Of a DNA stretch of 64,000 nt, positions 9,741 to 17,014 are shown in pieces. The stretch is taken from the NCBI GenBank assembly GCA_030613245.1, contig JAUWMI010000022.1:2114-66113 (forward strand), written 5' to 3'. The stretch is from Candidatus Sumerlaeota bacterium (GTDB lineage Bacteria > Sumerlaeota > Sumerlaeia > MWCT01 > JAUWMI01). The notes under the pieces are model-generated. The model was not told the DNA's origin, did not search any database, and saw only the letters and a list, made by a program, of their open reading frames with translations. A program made the translations under genes and the position numbers. The stretch's first letter is position 1. The number at the start of each line of letters is the position of its first letter.

Positions 9741-11288
9741 TTATGGAATCTGCTTGATGTGAGACAGAAATTCATCCGCAGGCGTAAAGCCATTAATGGT
9801 AAACTCACTCAACAGCTTGCCGCTTGGGCTGAAAAAGGCAATTGTTGGGATTACCGCCACGCTGTATTTTTCAGTCAGCCGTGTGCCTTCTTCTGTGCTT
9901 TCCGTGAGATCCACACGAATGCTCACGAAGCGCCCGAGCTGACTGATCACGCGCGGGTCTGTGAATGTCTCACGGTCCATTTTCACACAGGGAAGACACC
10001 AATCAGCGTAAAAGTCAATCATGATCGGCTTCTGCGCTTGCCTGGCCAGGGCGAGGCCTTCGGGTTCCGAGGTTATCCATTGGATTTCCTTCGGTGCTGC
10101 TGGTTCTGGAGATGGCGTTTCACCTGCATCAACCTGAACTGCTGCTGGCGGGCCAGCTTCTGGGCTGACGGATGCGTGTTGCACTTGCAGTGTATCAAAG
10201 AGCAGGGCCACACCAGCTACAAGAAACACAATTCCAAATGCCTTGTGCAACTTGTCAAGGCCTGTGCTGTCCCGTGCCAGAGTCGCAAATGCACCCGTGA
10301 ACACACCAAGCAGAATGAGGCTTACTGCAACCAAAAGGAGATAGATAAACGGCTGTTGATACAATACGAAGCTAAGATAGTAAAATGCGACACCTAACAG
10401 GAGCAGGCCGAAAAACTTCTTCACCTCGTCCATCCACACTCCGGCTTTAGGCAATGCCCCAAGAAAGTTCGGAAATGTTCCAATGGCAATGAAAAGAAGA
10501 CCCATCCCGATTGCGAAGGTGAAGAACATGATAAACCCATGCGCGGGATTCTGCGTCGCGCTGACGTAGAGCAGCAGGCTTGCCAGCACAGGACTGCTGC
10601 AGGGCGAGGCCACGATGCCGGCAACAATACCTAATACGAACACCCCGACTAGCCCTTTTTTCTTTTTGCCTGCGAGTTTCGACGACACAACTGATGGAAC
10701 AGCTATATCGTACAGGCCGAACATACTCAGCGCCATGGCCGTAAAGATCAGCACGATGGCGAGCAGAACAGTTTTGCTTTGCATCAGTGCGCCGAATAGC
10801 GAACCGGTCAGCGCTGCCGCGACTCCGAGCGACGAGTACGTTATCACGATGCCAAGAACAAACACGGATGATAGCAGGAGCCCTTTGAGCGGTTTTCCCT
10901 CTCCCCTTGCGCCAATGAGACCAAGCGTAATAGGGATCATCGGATAAACGCAGGGCGTAAAGCTGAGCAAAATTCCTGCAATAAAGATCCCCACCAGTGT
11001 AAGAAGCAGTCCTTTTTCTTGTATCTGCTGGGCAATGGACAGCTTCGCGATTGTTGCACTCTGCGAATTCATGGCCGCATCGCCCGACGAAGCTCTCCCC
11101 TCTTGCTGGCTCACGACACCACCGGGGTTATTCGTCTGCAAGACGCTCCCCTCCTGCGCCCCTGCCTGAAGCGTTAGGTCAGGCCACATAAAAATCATCC
11201 AGCCTGCCACCGCAATTACTAACGCAATGAGGATTCGTTTTTTCATCACTGCTGGTACCTTTCTGTCCATTGATCCTCGCACGTTCAT
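9741..11288 (-). CDS. dsbD: Thiol:disulfide interchange protein DsbD (CcdA TM domain + thioredoxin)
   Basis: SFTPCVYPMIP, ASPCSSP, LPKAGVWMDEVK, DFYADWCLPC; N-terminal Ig-like domain appears absent; start uncertain. Confidence 0.88.
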   Translation of the reverse strand: MNVRGSMDRKVPAVMKKRILIALVIAVAGWMIFMWPDLTLQAGAQEGSVLQTNNPGGVVSQQEGRASSGDAAMNSQSATIAKLSIAQQIQEKGLLLTLVGIFIAGILLSFTPCVYPMIPITLGLIGARGEGKPLKGLLLSSVFVLGIVITYSSLGVAAALTGSLFGALMQSKTVLLAIVLIFTAMALSMFGLYDIAVPSVVSSKLAGKKKKGLVGVFVLGIVAGIVASPCSSPVLASLLLYVSATQNPAHGFIMFFTFAIGMGLLFIAIGTFPNFLGALPKAGVWMDEVKKFFGLLLLGVAFYYLSFVLYQQPFIYLLLVAVSLILLGVFTGAFATLARDSTGLDKLHKAFGIVFLVAGVALLFDTLQVQHASVSPEAGPPAAVQVDAGETPSPEPAAPKEIQWITSEPEGLALARQAQKPIMIDFYADWCLPCVKMDRETFTDPRVISQLGRFVSIRVDLTESTEEGTRLTEKYSVAVIPTIAFFSPSGKLLSEFTINGFTPADEFLSHIKQIP

Positions 11289-11432
11289 AAATACTCATTA
11301 CAAGAAGCGCGAGGTAAACTCAGTAAGCAAGATTACATCTAGCATGTGTGATTGTGCCTTGCCATGCAAAACTGTATGTGAACCCCGCGCCGAATTGCAA
11401 GCCAGGAAACGCCGGGCGGTTTCCAATGCAAA

Positions 11433-11510
11433 TGGCGTCCCCAATGGGATTCGAACCCATGTTGCAGGATCGAAAATCCTGTGTCCTAGGCCTGACTAGA
11501 CGATGGGGAC
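11433..11510 (-). tRNA. tRNA-Glu(TTC)
   Basis: GTCCCCATCGTCTAGTCAGGCCTAGGACACAGGA-TTTTCGA-TCCTGCAACATGGGTTCGAATCCCATTGGGGACGCCA; CCA encoded. Confidence 0.95.
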
Positions 11511-11524
11511 GCCGGGCAAAAACT

Positions 11525-11566
11525 TGGTGAGCGTGGCAGGAGTCGAACCTGCGACCAACGGCTTAA
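11525..11566 (-). repeat. att direct repeat 1: original tRNA-Lys 3' half with CCA
   Basis: 40 bp (11527-11566) identical to the tRNA-Lys 3' half (17015-17054), completed by CCA; lies 14 bp upstream of tRNA-Glu. Confidence 0.92.
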
Positions 11567-12017
11567 GATTCTTACAAATACATTAAAGCACCATCAGATG
11601 AACTAAGGAATAATGGCAAAAGTGGCTTCCAAAAATCAAGGGGAAAATGCACCTTGGCTTTACAATCGTGAAGTTGGAGCTGACCATTATGGTGTTTTAG
11701 AAATAGAAAGTGATAAAAGCCTGAGCGGGATTATGAGGATTACAGCTTATCAAGCAAGGTAAACATATGTTTAATGTTTGAGCCCTTCAAATAGTTTTTG
11801 AAATCCCATTTTATTTGCATAGCAATGACTTTAGCCAAATTTGGTGTCCATATTTTTTCTTGTTCGCCCAAATATCTAGTCACCTTGAGTACGAAAGAGC
11901 CACTCAATCCTGGTGCTCGTGGTAACTTAATCTTGGACCCGCTAGAAGTTTCTATATTTTCTAGTTCCATAGGGTACGCGCAGTAGAGGAAATCTTTATC
12001 TGAAGGCTTTTTGCTAT
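11527..12017. repeat. 491-bp duplicated block, copy A
   Basis: Colinear, diverged copy of 13644-14134 (att + spacer + 3' part of the protease gene). Confidence 0.9.
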
Positions 12018-12486
12018 ATGGAATGGTGTGATAGCTCATCGGCATATTGTAAACACCATTCTCTCTTTCATCCTTAAGCTGTGACGGATATCCGCAAACC
12101 ACTAGATTTGTATTGTCGAAGGAATACGCGCTGAAATCATCAATCAACTCGAAATCTTTAAATTCGTACGCAGCGGGCAACTCGCACTCACCGATAACCT
12201 CTATAATGCCTATGTCAGTTTCATCATCAGTAAAAGCTGCATAGCGGAGCTGTTTATCATAGATTCTCTTATTTTTCTGAAGAATTATATAGCGGCCGCT
12301 TTGCATCTGAAAAAACTCGTCCGCCACGTGCCTACAGGTCGCAATGAATACACGACCATCATACCTGAGAAGGTTTCCTGTCCCGATTGCACGTACATAA
12401 CAGCTTCTTGACTTCACCCACAGATTAAGCGCGTGTCGTGTTTGTCTATCGAGTTGGACTTGTTTGTCAGGCAAATCTTTGCCCAT
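11740..12486 (-). CDS. Trypsin-like serine protease domain protein
   Basis: GTG, TCRHV (His), DIGII (Asp), GLSGS (Ser) in chymotrypsin-fold order; no signal peptide. Confidence 0.6.
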   Translation of the reverse strand: MGKDLPDKQVQLDRQTRHALNLWVKSRSCYVRAIGTGNLLRYDGRVFIATCRHVADEFFQMQSGRYIILQKNKRIYDKQLRYAAFTDDETDIGIIEVIGECELPAAYEFKDFELIDDFSAYSFDNTNLVVCGYPSQLKDERENGVYNMPMSYHTIPYSKKPSDKDFLYCAYPMELENIETSSGSKIKLPRAPGLSGSFVLKVTRYLGEQEKIWTPNLAKVIAMQIKWDFKNYLKGSNIKHMFTLLDKL

Positions 12487-12514
12487 ATCATTGCCGTTAA
12501 TGGCTAGTATTTAT

Positions 12515-12545
12515 GCCGAACTGATTATACGGTCCAGTATAAGAC
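12515..12545 (-). other. attI-like site 3
   Basis: Minus strand GTCTTATACTGGACCGTATAATCA-GTTCGGC, 28 nt before ATG 12486; resembles the palindrome at 16568-16594. Confidence 0.4.
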
Positions 12546-12626
12546 CTTAAGAGCGCCAGTTGTGTGCCTACACTTGTGGGCGCTAGTGTGCCCATTTCTC
12601 ATCTGTTCCATGTTTTGTTTCATTCA

Positions 12627-12731
12627 GTCCCAACGATTTCTGCATACGTACTACAACAATCGTGGCAAGAGTTGTATGGCAAAATCAAGGGAAAACGCAC
12701 CTTGCCTTTGCAGTGCAGGTGTCGATTAGGA
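12627..12731 (-). other. attC-like imperfect inverted repeat
   Basis: Minus strand TCCTAATCGACACCTGCA...TGCAGAAATCGTTGGGAC, about 20 nt after the stop of 12751-13479. Confidence 0.45.
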
Positions 12732-12750
12732 GCGATTTATTAGGTGAGAA

Positions 12751-13479
12751 TTAGTACCGACTGCGGACCTCTCCTAGATTCTTGCTGAGCTTTTCTACAT
12801 CTCCCCAATACCCAGTGTTAAAAAACTTATGAATCTTCATCGAGGCATCCACTAGTAGAGCTGCGGTTGGGTCGATATAGGCAAGGTAACTTGCTAGCGG
12901 CTCTTCTTTGTAATAGATGATGGAGAAGTCATTGCCATGTATTTCTGTATGCCTATCTACCAGAGCCTGAATGTTGCAATGTACATAGTTGCTCACGTAA
13001 CTGTAGAATGACCTATATTCGTCCGCCATTCCAGCACGGTCAAAACGCTCATAGACATTTAGAGGGACGTATCCTTTATCCTTAAGTTTTGCGAGTTGTG
13101 TTTCATGCCTCTTTATTTCCGCGTCGAGGTCCTCCAGCTGCGATAGGTCCTTAAGATACGGGTTTGGCTTGTTCTTGGCTTCTTTGAGAATCTTTATCCA
13201 TTGGTATTCGAAGATAGCCTCCATGTGGTAGCCATAATCTGCTTTGGCATGGAGGTTCTTCAGCTCAACATACGCTTCAAGTATTGAGCGGAAAATGGGA
13301 GGCACGCCAGTTCCGAGGTTGCGTTCAATTAATCTGATGAGGCATCCACTAAGCTCAATCAAGGTTCCATATAGCCCTACCAAATAGAGCTGCCGAGGAT
13401 GCTTATGGTCAAGCCGAATATTTTGTGAGAGCCGGATGCATTCATCATGCAGGTTCTTGAGATATCTAAAAATCTCCAT
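12751..13479 (-). CDS. DUF5677-like (HEPN-like) hypothetical protein
   Basis: RSILE...YSYVSNYVH motif pair; helical; typical island/cassette cargo. Confidence 0.55.
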   Translation of the reverse strand: MEIFRYLKNLHDECIRLSQNIRLDHKHPRQLYLVGLYGTLIELSGCLIRLIERNLGTGVPPIFRSILEAYVELKNLHAKADYGYHMEAIFEYQWIKILKEAKNKPNPYLKDLSQLEDLDAEIKRHETQLAKLKDKGYVPLNVYERFDRAGMADEYRSFYSYVSNYVHCNIQALVDRHTEIHGNDFSIIYYKEEPLASYLAYIDPTAALLVDASMKIHKFFNTGYWGDVEKLSKNLGEVRSRY

Positions 13480-13506
13480 TTTTGCGTTCTTGTGCGTAAT
13501 TTTTCT

Positions 13507-13518
13507 GTCTAACTACTG
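13507..13518 (-). other. attI-like core site 2
   Basis: Minus strand CAGTAGTTAGAC, identical 12-mer to 16424-16435; 27 nt before ATG 13479. Confidence 0.5.
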
Positions 13519-13643
13519 CTTATCTCGCGCGTCCAAAACGCGTCCAAACCTTGTATCAAACCATCCGTTTTTGTCCTATTTGACCGAGACAATGCAAGAA
13601 ATTAGTTGCTATATATGTCATTGAAACTATTGAAATTGCGCTA

Positions 13644-13685
13644 GTGAGCGTGGCAGGAGTCGAACCTGCGACCAACGGCTTAAAA
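13644..13685 (-). repeat. att direct repeat 2 (tRNA-Lys 3' half, no CCA)
   Basis: 42 bp identical to 17015-17056. Confidence 0.92.
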
Positions 13686-13856
13686 TTCTTATAAACAAAT
13701 TAAAGCACCATCAGATGAACTAAGAAATAATGCCAAGAGTGGCTTACAGAAATCAAGAGGAAAATGCAGATTGGCTTTGCAGTCCTGAAGTTGGAGGTGA
13801 CTATTACATTGTTCTAGAAATAGAAAGTGATAAAAGCCTGAGCGGGATTATGAGGA

Positions 13857-14134
13857 TTACAGCTTATCAAGCAAGGCAAACATCAGTTTAATGTTTGAGG
13901 ACCTTAGAAAGTTTGCCTCATCCCATTCTATTTGCATAGCAATGACTTTAGCCAAATCTGGTGTCCAAATTTTCTTCTGCTTGCCGGCAAATTTAGGCAC
14001 CTTGAGTACAAAAGAGCCGCTCAAGCCTAGTGCTGGTGGCAGCTTAATCTTGGACCTGTTAGCAGTATCTATATTTTCTAGTTCCATAGGGTATGCGTAG
14101 TGCAGGAAATTTTCATCTGAAGGCTTTTTGCTAT
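13857..14134 (-). pseudogene. 5'-truncated paralog of the 11740-12486 protease
   Basis: SKKPSDENFLHYAYPMELENI...GLSGSFVLKV...ALLDKL matches the C-terminal about 90 aa; His/Asp part missing; fused to a half attC. Confidence 0.85.
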
Positions 14135-14157
14135 CAGGTGCAGTGAAATGTTGGAGC
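14135..14157 (-). other. Half attC (R'' and start of L'')
   Basis: Minus strand GCTCCAAC-ATTTCACTGCACCTG, 8 nt after the stop at 14166; GCTCCAAC is complementary to the cassette-start GTTGGAG (15298-15304). Confidence 0.7.
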
Positions 14158-14165
14158 AAATACGT

Positions 14166-15293
14166 TCATTGACTGCATCCTCTAAGATCAATTAGCCATG
14201 TGCCTGTTACTTTTTCACCTCTTGTAAGAAAATATCTGTCAAATAAATTGATAGTTGGGTCACAATGAGAAGTGATCAGTTCTAGGACAGTGCCAATCGA
14301 GGGGAGCTTTGAATTGTCGAAGCATGTAATCTTACCGTATTCGTCGCCAAACCAGTCATACTTCAATCCGGAATTTTCAGGAACGATAACTTGTGGCTTT
14401 CCACCATCTTGGTAGAGTGCCTTTAGTCCTGCGTCTACAGTCACAAAACTTTCGTGGTTGACACTAATAACCGTTGTGAGCAGTCGTAAGGCTGGGCCAA
14501 ATGATTCAAATCGCGTACCCTTATCATCTGACTCGATTTCAAGATACTCTGTGTCCATGCACACATACGATCCGACCTGAAGCTCCGATACCTCGGGAAC
14601 AGCGAGATCAATATCAAACGTTCCTGTACCTGAAGCGCTAAAGATCGTGCAGGTTGGTACGGAGGTGTTCAAATCGCGGAAAACATGAACAGCTTCCTGC
14701 AGGCACTGATGAGAAGTGTGCTTTCTCTTCTCATAAGAACGAATGTGTTGGACATGACCTGCGTATGCCTGAATTCCCTGAAGACGCAGGTTTGGACAGG
14801 AAACAATTTGCTCTGCCAAAGCTAGTGCATCGGACGGCCTCGCTCCAGTCCGATGCATGCCGACATCCACATCAAGGAGCACGCCCATGGACATTCTTCT
14901 GGCACGTAGCGCCGTGTCGAGTAAAGCAATATTGCCGGGGTGATCCACAACGACCATCAGGGAAGAAGCCGTTGTTAGCAGATTGATGAGTTTTTCTACT
15001 TTACTTGGTGTTACAACCGGCCCGGTGATGAGGATATTTTCAAGCCCTGCTTTTACCAATGCCTCAGCTTCAGAGACTTTTGCGGCACAAACACCGATTG
15101 CCCCAACCTCAATTTGCCTCTGGGCTAGGGCCGAGCACTTGTGCGTCTTGACATGGGGACGGATATTTTTGCCGGCATGCTCAACAACAGCTTGCATCTT
15201 CTTAAGGTTTCGCTCAAGGACGTCCACATCCAGAACCAAACAAGGTGTTTCAAGGTCAGATTTGTATTTCTCTGTAGTAGTCATCTGATTCAT
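14166..15293 (-). CDS. DSD1-family PLP-dependent enzyme (D-threonine aldolase / D-serine dehydratase-like), gene cassette
   Basis: RPHVKTHK (PLP lysine), GMHRTG, QAYAGH, ELQVGSY, SHCDPTINL; true start 15293 or 15284, since the ORF-track extension runs through the attC. Confidence 0.88.
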   Translation of the reverse strand: MNQMTTTEKYKSDLETPCLVLDVDVLERNLKKMQAVVEHAGKNIRPHVKTHKCSALAQRQIEVGAIGVCAAKVSEAEALVKAGLENILITGPVVTPSKVEKLINLLTTASSLMVVVDHPGNIALLDTALRARRMSMGVLLDVDVGMHRTGARPSDALALAEQIVSCPNLRLQGIQAYAGHVQHIRSYEKRKHTSHQCLQEAVHVFRDLNTSVPTCTIFSASGTGTFDIDLAVPEVSELQVGSYVCMDTEYLEIESDDKGTRFESFGPALRLLTTVISVNHESFVTVDAGLKALYQDGGKPQVIVPENSGLKYDWFGDEYGKITCFDNSKLPSIGTVLELITSHCDPTINLFDRYFLTRGEKVTGTWLIDLRGCSQ

Positions 15294-15297
15294 CAAC

Positions 15298-15357
15298 CTC
15301 CAACGGCGCTCTTCAGCCGTGGCGTCCTCGCCGTCGGCTGGAAGAGTTGGTTGGGGC
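15298..15357 (-). other. attC site (60 bp)
   Basis: GCCCCAAC-CAA-CTCTTCCAGCCG-ACGGCGAGGACGCCA-CGGCTGAAGAG-CGCC-GTTGGAG: R'', L''/L' with an extrahelical base, R'. Confidence 0.88.
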
Positions 15358-15365
15358 ATCCCCGT

Positions 15366-15869
15366 TCATTTCATATTCTTCTCGATCGTGTCCCATTTGT
15401 CCCGGTATGGGCGCAGCGTCTTTTCCGCAATGGCCGAGTGCAGGGAATCCCACCGCTGGGGGCGGACTCCATCATGCCTTTGTAGGAATGCGATGTGTCC
15501 TTTGATCAGCAAGTCGCGCAGTCTCTGCCATGTGAGAATGTAGAACCGATCTTGTCCGTCCTCCTCAATCTTGACGAACGTCACGATAAGCCGTCGCACC
15601 GGACAAGACCTTGGTTTCCCGACGACCTGACGTTTGCCGTCGAACGCGATGTCACAGAACTGCCGGATGTCGCCGAACTGCCAAGATGCACCCCGGCTGG
15701 CCTTGACTTGGACGGAGACGTGTCTGCCGGTTTCGTCGGACGCGATGATGTCGTAATGAGGGACGTTGCCGGTGAACGTGGTAGCGATCAGCCCGCGGCG
15801 CGAGAGCTCCGCCGCGACGAGGTACTCACCGGTTTGCCCGACAAGCTTGTTGCTGCGTCCTGTTCCCAT
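15366..15869 (-). CDS. PD-(D/E)XK nuclease-fold protein, gene cassette
   Basis: GEYLVAAELSRRG..YDIIA..VQVKAS; cassette start GTTGGGGC (15881-15888) is the exact complement of its attC R'' GCCCCAAC. Confidence 0.75.
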   Translation of the reverse strand: MGTGRSNKLVGQTGEYLVAAELSRRGLIATTFTGNVPHYDIIASDETGRHVSVQVKASRGASWQFGDIRQFCDIAFDGKRQVVGKPRSCPVRRLIVTFVKIEEDGQDRFYILTWQRLRDLLIKGHIAFLQRHDGVRPQRWDSLHSAIAEKTLRPYRDKWDTIEKNMK

Positions 15870-15902
15870 TATCTCGTCGTGCCCCAACGACCCGCGCAGA
15901 AA

Positions 15903-16346
15903 TCAGCGGGCTCGCTTATACAGCCGGCGATCCTTGCTGATCTGCAGAGGCCAGCGCCGCGCCCTGTAGGGTCGAATCAACAGCCTGCCGCCCACATCCT
16001 TCCGGTACTTCTTGGGGATGGGTTGTTTCTCCATTACCACGCGGCAGACCTGGTTGTCGTTCTCGATTAGCCGCTGTTTGGCGCGCGCCGATTTCGGGCC
16101 CCCAAAACGTCCCTGTAGAGCATCCAGGATGTCCTTGAGCCGGTTGTCAATATCATGAATGGCGATGCGCTTCCCCTTCTTAAGGTAAAGGAGTACGACA
16201 ACCTCAAGCTTGTCATCGGGGCCAAAGCGAGATCCCGCTTTGGCCTGGGCACCCAGGACACTGGCCAGGATCCTCTTTCGCCACCGCCTCCGATTCTTCT
16301 CGTAGGTCGGGATGTTCGCGGTGAGAGTTCGGCGAGTCTTTGCCAT
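15903..16346 (-). CDS. RusA-like Holliday-junction resolvase fold protein, first cassette
   Basis: DIDNRLKDILDALQG...IENDNQV RusA signature; GAGG RBS; follows the attI core. Confidence 0.7.
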   Translation of the reverse strand: MAKTRRTLTANIPTYEKNRRRWRKRILASVLGAQAKAGSRFGPDDKLEVVVLLYLKKGKRIAIHDIDNRLKDILDALQGRFGGPKSARAKQRLIENDNQVCRVVMEKQPIPKKYRKDVGGRLLIRPYRARRWPLQISKDRRLYKRAR

Positions 16347-16423
16347 TCACGGACCTCATGAGGCAACTGGCGCATCAAACTCAACGGGTGGTCTACTCAG
16401 GTAACACCGTTGCTCTTCGCGCG

Positions 16424-16460
16424 GTCTAACTACTGTATATATAGTTCTGTATAAAACCAT
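16424..16460 (-). other. Putative attI site
   Basis: Minus strand GTTTTATACAGAACTATATATACAGTA-GTTAGAC (GTTRRRY), about 180 bp downstream of the IntI remnant and at the head of the array. Confidence 0.65.
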
Positions 16461-16610
16461 ATAGACAGCGGTTTGCTTCTGTATAACACTCAATAATGCA
16501 TGCGATCTTACTTTGCATAAGTCTCTTATATTAAGCTCCATATGCATAAATTCCCCTTGAAGCTCCTGCGTCTTATACAGTCTGCATAAGACGCATTCTC
16601 ACAGGGCCTT

Positions 16611-16678
16611 TCAGAGCAAGTCCACCGGACTTCGTACCCCTTTTCTCCACCATTCAAAACGTGTGTATAAATCATAGT
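16611..16678 (-). pseudogene. intI: Integron integrase C-terminal remnant
   Basis: TMIYTHVLNGG then, after a 1-nt frameshift, KGVRSPVDLL*; matches the IntI terminus TTMIYTHVLNRGGxGVRSPLD. Confidence 0.82.
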
Positions 16679-17014
16679 GAATTTAGCACCCTTATCCATA
16701 TATCCTAATCCCAAAGGTGCTATCAAGCTTTTTTCTTCTTTTGGAATCGGGGCGAGAGCATTCCATAGTGCTTTCCTCCTTTGACTATTTCGATCTGGCT
16801 AGTCAGTTGCCAGCAAACGATGTAAGAGTCTTTAAGCCGCGTGCTTAGCCCTAGCAATATTCAAAACAAGGCTAGATGAAAGTAAATAGAGTGCTAAATT
16901 CGCTAGCTCAATGAGGGGATCTTCGCATGGCAAGCAGGCAAGATTCTGGATTTGCAATTATGAGAAGTCTACATGAGACGAAAGCACCGGATTGGTATAA
17001 TTAAAAATAAAAAA

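Noticed and set aside
15294-15359. N-terminal extension of the 397-aa ORF (MPQPTLPADG...)
   Set aside because: It is the attC sequence read in frame; the true start is 15293 or 15284.
16526-16726. 66-aa ORF as a real gene
   Set aside because: It is a chimera of unrelated sequence and the frameshifted IntI tail.
16683-16897. CIRCE element (TTAGCAC.. / GAGTGCTAA)
   Set aside because: The half-sites are about 200 bp apart rather than 9 bp; no convincing CIRCE upstream of hsp20 either.
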